Source: an uncultured bacterium (GTDB lineage Bacteria; Omnitrophota; Gorgyraeia; Duberdicusellales; CBEUCJ01). Taken from it: a stretch of 64,000 bases of DNA. A program made the translations under genes and the position numbers. Below are positions 1 to 8,430 of the stretch, piece after piece; position 1 is the stretch's first letter, and each line of letters opens with the position of its first letter. The stretch covers positions 67,754 through 131,753 of the forward strand of contig CBEUCJ010000001.1 in assembly GCA_965541615.1 (NCBI GenBank). The letters run 5' to 3'. The notes under the pieces were generated by a model, which did not search any database, was not told the origin of the DNA, and was given only the letters and a program-made list of their open reading frames with translations.

Positions 1-1
1 A

Positions 2-363
2 GCTCATTATGCACATTTAAAAGATAAACCTTTTTTTGAAGATCTTATAAAATACATCCAAGGCTATTATCATGGAGTAAACAGAGTCTTAGCTTTAGTT
101 TATTATGGACCTCAAGCTATAGAAAAAGTAAGGAAAATTTGTGGTGCTACTAATCCTGAAGAAGCAGACCCCACAACCATCAGAGGTCAATATGGAAGAA
201 TTACTACAACTGGTGTTTATGAAAATGTCATCCATGCCTCTGCAAATGAATCTGAAGCTGAACGTGAAATAAAACTTTGGTTTGAACCAGAAGAATTAGT
301 ATTAGAATTATATCCAACAAAAGAGATAAAAATAAAAGAAGTCAAAAAGAAAGTGTGGGTTTA
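2..363 (+). CDS. ndk: nucleoside diphosphate kinase, C-terminal part (5' end outside the window)
   Basis: Translation ...TIRGQYGRITTTGVYENVIHASANESEAEREIKLWFEPEEL matches the conserved NDK C-terminus (TIRGDF...NxIHGSDSxESAxREIxLWF). The reading frame is open from base 2 and ends at a stop at 361-363. Confidence 0.7.
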
Positions 364-370
364 AAAAACT

Positions 371-619
371 GTGGGTAATAAACTTTTAAACATAGGTTAT
401 AACAACTTTATCTCTCAAGAGAAAATAGTCTGCATAATAGATTTTGACACAAAACCTGTGAAAAAATTAGTAGACCAAGCTCGCACTCAAGGAAAATTAA
501 TAGATGCCACTTGCGGAAGAAAAACAAGAGCAGTCATAATTGCAAGTTCCTCCCATATCATCTTATCTTCTCTTCAACCTCAAACTTTAGCTCAAAGATT
601 AGAAAAGGATGAAAAGTAA
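371..619 (+). CDS. remA: DUF370 / RemA-like regulatory protein
   Basis: The 82-aa ORF has ...LIDATCGRKTRAVIIASSSHIILSSLQPQTLAQRL, the hallmark of DUF370 (RemA/YlzA). It lies immediately upstream of gmk, as in the Bacillus remA-gmk-rpoZ locus. Confidence 0.7.
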   Translation: MGNKLLNIGYNNFISQEKIVCIIDFDTKPVKKLVDQARTQGKLIDATCGRKTRAVIIASSSHIILSSLQPQTLAQRLEKDEK

Positions 620-1169
620 ATATTTTATATTTGTAATCTCTGGTCCTTCAGGTTCTGGAAAAACGACTCTTATTAAAAGACTCTTCAGATTCAAAAAAAT
701 AAAAGAAAATTTAACTAAAATAACTACTTATACTACAAGGAGACCTCGCAAGAAAGAAAGTTCAGATTATACTTTTGTAGATATCTCTGAATTCAAAAGA
801 TTAAAAAGAAGGGGATTTTTCATAGAATCTCAAAAAATATACAAAGATTATTATGGAACTCCTAAAAAAGAACTCTTAAAAGCTATAAAGAAAAGTCATG
901 TACTTTTATGTATAGATTATAAAGGAGCTAAAATAATAAAAAAAATATTTAAAGATAAAGCAGTATTAATCTTTATACTTCCTCCTAATCTTAAAGAATT
1001 AGAAAAAAGGATCAGAAAGAGAGGAGAAAAAGAAATATCTTTAAGGCTTAAAAGAGCTAAAGAAGAAATACTTAATTCAAAATTTTACGATTTTAAAATA
1101 ATAAATAAAAATTTAAATGTTGCTTTAAAAGAGTTAAAAGATATAATTTTAAGAAAAATAGAGAGTTAA
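609..1169 (+). CDS. gmk: guanylate kinase
   Basis: P-loop ISGPSGSGKTTL, a YTTRRPRKKE (TTRxPR) motif and YYGT. 186 aa. Confidence 0.9.
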   Translation: MKSKYFIFVISGPSGSGKTTLIKRLFRFKKIKENLTKITTYTTRRPRKKESSDYTFVDISEFKRLKRRGFFIESQKIYKDYYGTPKKELLKAIKKSHVLLCIDYKGAKIIKKIFKDKAVLIFILPPNLKELEKRIRKRGEKEISLRLKRAKEEILNSKFYDFKIINKNLNVALKELKDIILRKIES

Positions 1170-1176
1170 AATTTTT

Positions 1177-1383
1177 ATGAGTTACATACCATTAGAAAAT
1201 CTCTTAGATAAAGCAGATGGGAGTGTTTACAAGTTAGTTATCATGGCTTCCAAAAGAGCCTTAGAATTATCAGAAGGAGCTTTCAGTTTAATAAAAGATG
1301 AATCTTTAGATGACAAACCAACTGTTAGAGCTCTTAAAGAAATAGCTGCAGGAAGGATTGGATATGAAGAAAGGAAAAAGTAA
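1177..1383 (+). CDS. rpoZ: DNA-directed RNA polymerase subunit omega
   Basis: 68 aa with LLDKADGSVYKLVIMASKRALEL, the omega-subunit signature. Conserved position after gmk. Confidence 0.85.
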   Translation: MSYIPLENLLDKADGSVYKLVIMASKRALELSEGAFSLIKDESLDDKPTVRALKEIAAGRIGYEERKK

Positions 1384-1906
1384 AAGTCTTATACTGGGAG
1401 TGACTGGAAGCATAGCTATTTATAAATCATTGAATTTATTAAGAATGCTCATAAAAGAAAAATTTGAAGTTGATGTTATTATGACGAAAGAAGCTCAACA
1501 ATTTATTACACCTCTCACCTTCCAGAGCATAGTAAAGAAAAAAGTCTACTCAGATCTTTTTGAACTGATTAAAGAAAATAATCCTTTGCATATAAGTCTT
1601 TGTGAGAAAGCAAGATTAATTTTAGTGTATCCGGCTACCTGTAATTTTATATCAAAAATAGCTTGTGGTATTTGTGATGATCTGCTAAGCTGCGTAATTA
1701 TGAGCTTTAAAGGGAAAGTCGTATTTTGCCCAGCTTCTGATACCAATATGTATTTAAATCCTATATTCCAAGAAAATTTAAAAAAATTAAAAAAACTTGG
1801 ATATATTTTTTTAGGTCCAGTTAAAGGAGAATTAGTTTCTGGCAAAAAAGGTGTAGGGCATATAATTTCAGAAGAAGAGGTTTTAAGAAAAATAAAAAAT
1901 ATTTGA
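1358..1906 (+). CDS. coaC: phosphopantothenoylcysteine decarboxylase flavoprotein (CoaC domain only, no CoaB half)
   Basis: ILGVTGSIAIYKSLNLLRML...FITPLTFQSI is typical of the CoaC/HFCD flavoprotein family. Only about 180 aa, and a tRNA gene follows, so no CoaB ligase domain is fused. Confidence 0.75.
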   Translation: MDMKKGKSKSLILGVTGSIAIYKSLNLLRMLIKEKFEVDVIMTKEAQQFITPLTFQSIVKKKVYSDLFELIKENNPLHISLCEKARLILVYPATCNFISKIACGICDDLLSCVIMSFKGKVVFCPASDTNMYLNPIFQENLKKLKKLGYIFLGPVKGELVSGKKGVGHIISEEEVLRKIKNI

Positions 1907-1915
1907 AAATAAAAA

Positions 1916-1987
1916 GGCGCGGTAGCCAAGAGGTCAGGCACGGGTCTGCAAAACCCGGATACGTGGGTTCAAATCCCACCCGCGCCT
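1916..1987 (+). tRNA. tRNA-Cys (anticodon GCA)
   Basis: Manually folded cloverleaf: acceptor ggcgcgg/ccgcgcc, anticodon stem cgggt/acccg, loop cTGCAaa, T-arm gtggg-ttcaaat-cccac, discriminator U. Confidence 0.85.
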
Positions 1988-2132
1988 TTTTAAAACGGTG
2001 AAATTTTAAAAAATTGTTTTAAAAATTAGAAAAAAATATTAAAATAAAGGAAGTTTTTAATTTAGAATTTTGGAAAATAGAAATAATTTTTAAAAGGAGT
2101 TTCAAGAAAACTGAATAAAATCTTTAAATTTT

Positions 2133-2220
2133 GGGCGGGTGGCGGAATTGGCAGACGCCCGGGACTTAAAATCCCGTGCTCCCTCGAAGGAGCGTGTGGG
2201 TTCGAGTCCCACCCCGCCCA
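2133..2220 (+). tRNA. tRNA-Leu (anticodon TAA), long variable arm
   Basis: Acceptor gggcggg/cccgccc, anticodon stem cggga/tcccg with loop cTTAAaa, long variable arm, T-arm gtggg-ttcgagt-cccac. Confidence 0.85.
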
Positions 2221-2232
2221 CATTTTATTTTT

Positions 2233-2307
2233 GGGCGCATAGCTCAGCCTGGTTAGAGCGTCACGTTGACATCGTGAAGGTCGGAGGTTCAAATCCTCCT
2301 GCGCCCA
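2233..2307 (+). tRNA. tRNA-Val (anticodon GAC)
   Basis: gggcgcatagctcagcctggttagagcg D-arm. Anticodon stem tcacg/cgtga with loop ttGACat. T-arm ggagg-ttcaaat-cctcc. Acceptor gggcgca/tgcgccc. Confidence 0.85.
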
Positions 2308-2325
2308 TTTTTTAATTTAAAAACT

Positions 2326-4050
2326 ATGCAGGACTTAAAAACTTTAAGACATTCAACTGCTCATGTATTAGCCCAAGCTGTAAAAAGATTATATCCTGAA
2401 GCTAAATTAGGAATAGGGCCTGCAACAGATGAGGGTTTTTATTATGATTTTGATAATTTAGATATTAAAGAAAAAGATTTAGAAAAGATAGAAAAAGAGA
2501 TGGAAAAGATAATCAAAGAAGATCATCCTTTCATTCAAGAATTTTGGGAAAGAGAAAAAGCTTTAGATTTCTTCTCCAAAAATAAAGAAGATTACAAAGT
2601 GGAGTTAATAAAAGAACTAAAAGATCAAAAACTCTCTATCTATAGATCTGGAGAATTTGTAGATTTATGTAAAGGTCCTCATCTTGATTCTACTTCTCAA
2701 ATCAAAGCTTTCAAACTCCTTAAAATATCAGGTGCTTATTGGAAAGGAAAAGAATCTAATCCTCAACTAACAAGAATCTATGGAACTGCTTTTTTTAGTA
2801 AATCTGATTTAGAAAAATTCTTAAAAAATTTAGATGAATCTAAACAAAGAGACCACAGATTATTAGGCAAGCAATTAGAATTATATGAGATCTTTTATAA
2901 GGAAGCTGGAGCTGGTTTTATCTTTTGGTTACCTAAAGGAGCTTTTATCAGAAGGAAAATTGAAGACTGGTTAATAGATGAACACCTCAAAAGAGGTTAC
3001 AAACTTCTTTATACACCTCACTTGTTTTTATCCAACCTTTTTAAAACTTCAGGACATTTAGATTACTATAGAGAATTAATGTATGTATTTAATCAAGAAA
3101 ATTCAGAAATGGTAATAAAACCTATGAATTGTCCTGCTCACATCTTAATCTACAAATCTAAAATAAGATCCTACAAAGAATTGCCTTTAAGATTTTTTGA
3201 ATTGGGTACTGTGTATAGATATGAAAAGTCAGGAGTCTTACATGGATTGTTAAGAGTGAGAGGATTTACTCAAGATGATGCTCACATATTTTCGCCAGAA
3301 GATATGGTAAAAGAAGAAGTAAAAGAAATAATAAAATTTATAGATCACACTTTTAAGACCTTTGGATTTAAAGATTTCGAGATAGAGTTGAGTACTCAAC
3401 CTGAAAAATTTATAGGGACTCAAAGTATGTGGGATAAAGCTACAAAATCTTTACAAAAAGCTTTAGAGGAATTAAATTTAAAATATAAAATTTGTCCTGG
3501 AGAAGGAGCTTTTTATGGACCTAAAATAGATGTAAAGGTCAAAGATGCGTTAAACAGATTATGGCAATGTTCTACTATTCAGGTTGATTTTGCTTTGCCT
3601 GAAAATTTTAATCTAAGTTACGTAGATGAAAACGATCAAAAAAAGAAAGTAGTCTTAATCCATAGAGCAATATTAGGAAGTTTAGAAAGATTTTTTGGTA
3701 TATTAATTGAACACTATAAAGGCTTGTTTCCTGTATGGTTAGCTCCTGTTCAAGTTAGAATTTTGAGTATTTCAGATAAATCTCTTAAATATGCCAAAGA
3801 ATTAGAAGAGATCTTTAAAAAAGAAAAGATTAGAGTCGAACTCGATTTAAGAAACTTAACTCTTTCTAAAAAAATCTTAGAAGCTGAATCTGAAAAAATA
3901 CCTTTAATATGTGTAGTAGGTGAAAAAGAAGCTGAAAACAAAACTATAAATTTGAGAGATAAGATAAGAAAAGTAAAAAAAGAAGTAAAAGTTGAAGAAT
4001 TTTTAAAAGAATTAAAGGAGAGAGTTGAATCTAAGGAGGTCTTATTTTGA
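2326..4050 (+). CDS. thrS: threonyl-tRNA synthetase (lacks the N-terminal TGS domain)
   Basis: 574 aa. HSTAHVLAQAV (editing-domain HxxxH), class II catalytic core and C-terminal anticodon-binding domain. The N-terminus starts at the N2/editing domain. It begins 19 nt after tRNA-Val. Confidence 0.9.
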   Translation: MQDLKTLRHSTAHVLAQAVKRLYPEAKLGIGPATDEGFYYDFDNLDIKEKDLEKIEKEMEKIIKEDHPFIQEFWEREKALDFFSKNKEDYKVELIKELKDQKLSIYRSGEFVDLCKGPHLDSTSQIKAFKLLKISGAYWKGKESNPQLTRIYGTAFFSKSDLEKFLKNLDESKQRDHRLLGKQLELYEIFYKEAGAGFIFWLPKGAFIRRKIEDWLIDEHLKRGYKLLYTPHLFLSNLFKTSGHLDYYRELMYVFNQENSEMVIKPMNCPAHILIYKSKIRSYKELPLRFFELGTVYRYEKSGVLHGLLRVRGFTQDDAHIFSPEDMVKEEVKEIIKFIDHTFKTFGFKDFEIELSTQPEKFIGTQSMWDKATKSLQKALEELNLKYKICPGEGAFYGPKIDVKVKDALNRLWQCSTIQVDFALPENFNLSYVDENDQKKKVVLIHRAILGSLERFFGILIEHYKGLFPVWLAPVQVRILSISDKSLKYAKELEEIFKKEKIRVELDLRNLTLSKKILEAESEKIPLICVVGEKEAENKTINLRDKIRKVKKEVKVEEFLKELKERVESKEVLF

Positions 4051-4550
4051 AGAATTACAGAGTTAACTTTCAAATCAAAAGTCCAACTGTAAAATTGATA
4101 GGTCCTGATGGAAAATTAATAGGCATAGTGCCTTTGAAAGAAGCTTTAAAAAAAGCTCAAGAATTAGATTTAGATTTAGTAGAACTCGCTCCTCAAACTA
4201 ATCCTCCTGTTTGCAGAATCATGGATTTTAATAAGTTTAAATATGAACAAGAAAAAAGAGAAAGAGAGATTAAAAAACAACAAAGAATGCACCAGTTAAA
4301 AGAAGTAAGAATAAAACCCAGAATAGAAGAACACGATTACCAAACAAAATTAAAGCAAATTCAAACTTTCTTAAAAAAAGGACATAAAGTAAGAATAAGA
4401 TTACTATTTAGAGGTAGAGAGTTAGCTCATCCTGAAAAAGGGAAAGAATTAATGGAAAGGATAATTGCAGACACAAAAGAATTCTCTAAAATAGAAAAGC
4501 CTTTACAAAAATTAGAAAGACAACTTTTATTAATTTTGGCTCCTAAATAA
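4047..4550 (+). CDS. infC: translation initiation factor IF-3 (non-ATG TTG start, overlaps the thrS stop by 4 nt)
   Basis: 167 aa. VNFQIKSPTVKLIGPDGKLIG and VRIKPRIEEHDYQTKL are IF-3 N- and C-domain signatures. A TTG start fits the known unusual infC start codons. Classic thrS-infC-rpmI-rplT-pheST order. Confidence 0.85.
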   Translation: MKNYRVNFQIKSPTVKLIGPDGKLIGIVPLKEALKKAQELDLDLVELAPQTNPPVCRIMDFNKFKYEQEKREREIKKQQRMHQLKEVRIKPRIEEHDYQTKLKQIQTFLKKGHKVRIRLLFRGRELAHPEKGKELMERIIADTKEFSKIEKPLQKLERQLLLILAPK

Positions 4551-4573
4551 AATTTTAAGGAGGTAAAAGAACT

Positions 4574-4765
4574 ATGAAACTAAAGACCAAAAAAGCTTTA
4601 AAAAAGAGGGTAAAAATAACAGGTACTGGTAAAATCTTAAGAAGAAGAGCTGGAAAATCTCATCTCCTATCTGGAAAAAGTAGAAAAAGAAAAAGGAGAT
4701 TAAGTAAACCTACTTTGGTCTCTGAATCTCATACTCAGATGATTAAAAGAGCTCTTTTAGAATAA
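4574..4765 (+). CDS. rpmI: 50S ribosomal protein L35
   Basis: 63 aa, basic, [31 protein letters not shown] upstream. Confidence 0.85.
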   Translation: MKLKTKKALKKRVKITGTGKILRRRAGKSHLLSGKSRKRKRRLSKPTLVSESHTQMIKRALLE

Positions 4766-4784
4766 AAAAGGAGGTTCGATAAAA

Positions 4785-5150
4785 ATGAGTAGAGTAAAAA
4801 GCTGTGTAGCTAGAAAAAAAAGAGTTAAAAAATTGTTAAAGTTAGCTAAAGGGTATTGGGGTGAGAGAAAAAATAGGTATAGGAGAGCTAAAGAAACAGT
4901 ATTCAGAGCTTTAAGATATGCTACCAGAGATAGAAAAGTTAGAAAGAGAGAATTTAGAAGACTATGGATTCAAAGGATAAACGCTTTTTTAAGACAAAGG
5001 GGTAAAAAATACAGTGATTTTATGGGAAGGCTTAGAAAAAAAGAGATCCTTTTAGACAGAAAAATTTTACAAGAATTTGCTATTAGAAGACCTCAAGTAA
5101 TAGAAGCCTTGATTAAAGAAGTCTATGAAGGAGCAGATCCTAAAAATTAA
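4785..5150 (+). CDS. rplT: 50S ribosomal protein L20
   Basis: 121 aa. KKLLKLAKGYWGERKNRYRRAKETV...RDRKVRKREFRRLWIQRINA matches L20. Confidence 0.9.
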   Translation: MSRVKSCVARKKRVKKLLKLAKGYWGERKNRYRRAKETVFRALRYATRDRKVRKREFRRLWIQRINAFLRQRGKKYSDFMGRLRKKEILLDRKILQEFAIRRPQVIEALIKEVYEGADPKN

Positions 5151-6147
5151 AGAAGAAGCTATCAAAAGTTTAGAGAGTGTAAAAGATTTAAAAGAGTTTC
5201 AAGAGGTCTACAGCAAATTTTTGGGAAGAAAAGCAGAATTGAATACCTTAATCAAAAATTTAAAAAATTTAGAACTCTCAGAAAGAAAAGAGATAGGCAA
5301 ATTAATCAACCAAACTAAAGACCTCTTAATAAAAGCTTTTGAAAATAAAAGAAAAGAATTAGAAAAAGAAGAAAAAGAAAAGATAGACTTAACTGAACCT
5401 GAAAACCTTCCTCTCTTAGGAGTAAAGCATCCTGTCTCTTTAATAATAGAAGAGATTGTAGATATTTTCAGGTCCTTAGGATTCAAAATTGAAGAAGGTA
5501 AAGAAATAGATACTGAATTTTACAATTTCACAGCTTTAAATATACCTTCAGAACATCCTTCAAGAGATGTTTTTGATACTTTCTATTTAGACCTTCCTCC
5601 TCAAAATAACTACAGATGGTTATTACGCTCTCATACTTCTCCTTCCCAAATCCATATACTCAAAAGAAAACAATTACCTGCAAGATTCATCTCACCTGGC
5701 AGAGTTTACAGACCAGAAAATTTAGATGCTTCACATTCCTTTATGTTCCATCAAATTGAAGGTTTTTATGTAGATAAAGATGTGAAATTCTCTCACTTAA
5801 AAGGTGTCTTAAATCTTTTTGCTAAAAAATTATTTGGCAAAAACACTGAGACCCGCTTTAGACCCCATTATTTTCCTTTTACTGAACCTTCAGTGGAAAT
5901 GGATGTAAGCTGTTTTTTTTGCAATAAAAAAGGGTGCAGTGTTTGTAAAAAAACAGGTTTTATAGAGATATTAGGAGCTGGTTTAATTCATCCTAATGTT
6001 CTAAAAGCCTGTGGTATTAATCCTAAAAAATGGAGTGGATTTGCTTTTGGACTAGGAATAGAAAGAATAGCTATGCTCAAGTTTAAGATTTCAGATATCA
6101 GATATTTTACAGATAACGATATAAGATTTTTAAATTCTTTTGTATGA
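5125..6147 (+). CDS. pheS: phenylalanyl-tRNA synthetase alpha subunit
   Basis: 340 aa. HPSRDVFDTFY, FRPHYFPFTEPSVEMDV and GAGLIHPNVL are class II PheS motifs. The start may be a downstream Met, since the annotated ATG overlaps the rplT end by 26 nt. Confidence 0.85.
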   Translation: MKEQILKIKEEAIKSLESVKDLKEFQEVYSKFLGRKAELNTLIKNLKNLELSERKEIGKLINQTKDLLIKAFENKRKELEKEEKEKIDLTEPENLPLLGVKHPVSLIIEEIVDIFRSLGFKIEEGKEIDTEFYNFTALNIPSEHPSRDVFDTFYLDLPPQNNYRWLLRSHTSPSQIHILKRKQLPARFISPGRVYRPENLDASHSFMFHQIEGFYVDKDVKFSHLKGVLNLFAKKLFGKNTETRFRPHYFPFTEPSVEMDVSCFFCNKKGCSVCKKTGFIEILGAGLIHPNVLKACGINPKKWSGFAFGLGIERIAMLKFKISDIRYFTDNDIRFLNSFV

Positions 6148-8162
6148 AAGCACCTTTAAATTGGTTAAAAGACTATATAAATTTAGAAGAAGATATTAAT
6201 GTTTTATGTGAAGCTCTAACTTTTGCAGGTATAGAAGTACTTTCTTTAAATAAATCAGATTCTGATGTCTTATTTGAGCTAGAAATCACTCCTAACAGAG
6301 TAGATCTTTTAAGTATATATGGTATTTGCAGAGAGTTATCTTGCATTTTAAACAAGAATCTAAAAAAGATTCAACCTCCTTCTTATACAAAAAAGATAAA
6401 TGTAGACATAAAAATTCAAAATTTTTCTGATTGTCCTTTCTACACTCTAAGAATATTTGAAGATGTAAAAGTAACTGAGAGTCCTGGTTTTATAAAAGAT
6501 AGATTGAGTAAGATGGGTTTAAATTCCATAAACAATGTAGTAGATATTACAAACTTTTGTTTATTTGAATTAGGACAACCTTTACATGCTTTTGATTTAG
6601 ACAAATTAAAACTTCCTTTGATAGTAAGAAGAGCCTCACATGGTGAAAGATTGTTAGCTTTAGATAACAAAGAATATGAATTAAATCCTGAAATTTTAGT
6701 AATAGCTGATAGTCAGAAACCTATAGCTATAGCAGGAGTCATTGGAGGATTAGAAACATCTGTGACTCCTCAAACTAAAAGGATTCTTTTAGAGAGTGCT
6801 TACTTTAATCCTATTTTAGTAAGGAGAGCAAAAAGACTCTTAGGAATTGAGACTGAATCTTCTTATAGATTTGAAAGAGGAGTAATTCCTTATTATGTAG
6901 ATTTTGCATCGAGAAGATGCTCGCACCTATTTGAAAAATTTTGTTTTGCAAAATTTAAAGGATTTAAATCTGTAGGGAGATTAAAAATCTCTCATAAAAA
7001 GATACCTTTAGATATCGATCTTTTAAATAAAAGATTGGATTTAAATTTAAAAAAATCTGAAGTATCTAAAATCTTAAAAAGATTAAAATTTAAATTTACT
7101 CAAAAGAATAACAAAATTTATGTATATACTCCTGAATTTAGGAAAGATATAAACATACCTGAGGACTTAATAGAAGACGTAGCCAGAATCTACGGATATA
7201 AAAATATAAAAGATAGAATTCCTTCAAAAGAACCCTCAATAGAAAAAAAAGACTTTTTTGAATTTAAGCAAAATATCAAAAACATCCTTATAGAAAAAGG
7301 ATTCTATGAATTAATAACTTTTTCTTTAACCTCTGAAAAAACATTAAAAGATTTAGGAATATTTTCTGAAAATTTAATAAAACTAATTAACCCTTTAAGT
7401 CAAAAATATGTTTTTTTAAGAAATTCTTTATTGGCTGGACTATTAGAAAGAGCAAGTTTTAATCTCAACCAATATGCAGAATCTATAAGATTCTTTGAGA
7501 CCGCTCACATATACTATAAAGAAGAAAAGAATATTAAAGAAGAAGAGGTAATAGGCATTCTTTTAGGAGGAAAAAAATCTTTTTATTGGAAAGACAAAGA
7601 TAAAAACTTTGATTATTTCGATCTAAAAGGCATAGTTATTTATCTTTTAACAAAGTTAGGTATAAAAAATATAGATTTTAAAGAAAGGGAATTTCCTTTT
7701 TTTGAATTTGGAGCTCAAATTCTATTTAAAAAAGAATCTTTAGGGTTTATAGGAAAACTTTCTAAAAAAGTCTTGAAGAGTTTAGACATAAACAATATAG
7801 AGATTTTTTATTCAGAGTTAAGTTTAGAAAAATTATTTTCTAATTATAATGACAAAAAGGAATTTATACCTTTTTCTAAATTTCCTTTTACTTTTAGAGA
7901 TATTAGTTTCATAATAGATGAAAAGATAAAATTTGAAGAGATTAAAAAAGTGCTTTTTGAAAGAAAAGAAAAAGAACTAATCAAAGAGATAAGGCTCTTA
8001 GAGATCTACAAAGGCAAAGAGATTCCTAAAAATAAAAAATCTCTTCTTTTAAGAATCTTTTTTCAATCTTTCTCTAGAACTTTATCTTCTGAAGAGATTG
8101 AAGAAATAGTCCTTAAAATGAAAGAAGACTTAAAAGAAAAATTCTCTGCTCAAATAAGATAA
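6144..8162 (+). CDS. pheT: phenylalanyl-tRNA synthetase beta subunit (short form, 672 aa)
   Basis: Overlaps the pheS stop (ATGA). B3/B4 and B5 regions and a C-terminal FDBD-like domain. Position after pheS. Confidence 0.8.
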   Translation: MKAPLNWLKDYINLEEDINVLCEALTFAGIEVLSLNKSDSDVLFELEITPNRVDLLSIYGICRELSCILNKNLKKIQPPSYTKKINVDIKIQNFSDCPFYTLRIFEDVKVTESPGFIKDRLSKMGLNSINNVVDITNFCLFELGQPLHAFDLDKLKLPLIVRRASHGERLLALDNKEYELNPEILVIADSQKPIAIAGVIGGLETSVTPQTKRILLESAYFNPILVRRAKRLLGIETESSYRFERGVIPYYVDFASRRCSHLFEKFCFAKFKGFKSVGRLKISHKKIPLDIDLLNKRLDLNLKKSEVSKILKRLKFKFTQKNNKIYVYTPEFRKDINIPEDLIEDVARIYGYKNIKDRIPSKEPSIEKKDFFEFKQNIKNILIEKGFYELITFSLTSEKTLKDLGIFSENLIKLINPLSQKYVFLRNSLLAGLLERASFNLNQYAESIRFFETAHIYYKEEKNIKEEEVIGILLGGKKSFYWKDKDKNFDYFDLKGIVIYLLTKLGIKNIDFKEREFPFFEFGAQILFKKESLGFIGKLSKKVLKSLDINNIEIFYSELSLEKLFSNYNDKKEFIPFSKFPFTFRDISFIIDEKIKFEEIKKVLFERKEKELIKEIRLLEIYKGKEIPKNKKSLLLRIFFQSFSRTLSSEEIEEIVLKMKEDLKEKFSAQIR

Positions 8163-8200
8163 CCTTTCAAAAATCATAATTTTTTTAAACCTTATAAAAC

Positions 8201-8229
8201 TTGTCAACCTGAAAAATAGATGGTAATAT
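8201..8229 (+). promoter_or_regulatory. sigma-70-type promoter: -35 TTGTCA (8201-8206), 17-nt spacer, extended -10 TGgTAATAT (8221-8229)
   Basis: Read directly from the sequence. Near-consensus hexamers with exact 17-nt spacing and a TGn extended -10. It lies just upstream of a GC-rich structured element. Confidence 0.5.
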
Positions 8230-8236
8230 TTAAACT

Positions 8237-8425
8237 GAGAGATTTAAAGTTCTCTTTGAAAAATATCCCTGCCCTGTTGGTTGGGAAAAAGGCGCCTGCG
8301 CCAACACCATTTTTGAGGGAGCCTGCGTTCTCCTTGACTGTGGTCAAGGAGACAGGGCACCCACCTGTATGAGGATAGGGCTTGCAGTGGCAGCTTTTCC
8401 CAACGGCAGGGTGGGGATATTTTTA
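8237..8425 (+). ncRNA. candidate structured small RNA (6S/SsrS-like) or structured 5' leader of rarA
   Basis: About 150 nt at roughly 60% GC in an otherwise ~28% GC genome. A long closing helix pairs cctgccctgttgg (8268-8280) with ccaacggcaggg (8401-8412); only cctgcc/ggcagg and gttgg/ccaac are complementary, and neither strand's full span rcs to the other. Internal hairpins include ctccttgac-tgtg-gtcaaggag. The element ends in a T-run (atatttttattttt) and is preceded by a strong promoter. A 5-formyl-THF cyclo-ligase gene (the classic ssrS neighbour) lies about 1.2 kb downstream. Confidence 0.4.
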
Positions 8426-8430
8426 TTTTT

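Noticed and set aside
2062-2292. 76-aa minus-strand ORF
   Set aside because: It overlaps tRNA-Leu and tRNA-Val. The peptide (…PSREHGILSPGRLPIPP…) is a translation of tRNA sequence.
2308-2325. Possible T-box leader upstream of thrS
   Set aside because: Only 18 nt separate tRNA-Val from the thrS ATG, and a T-box needs about 200-300 nt.
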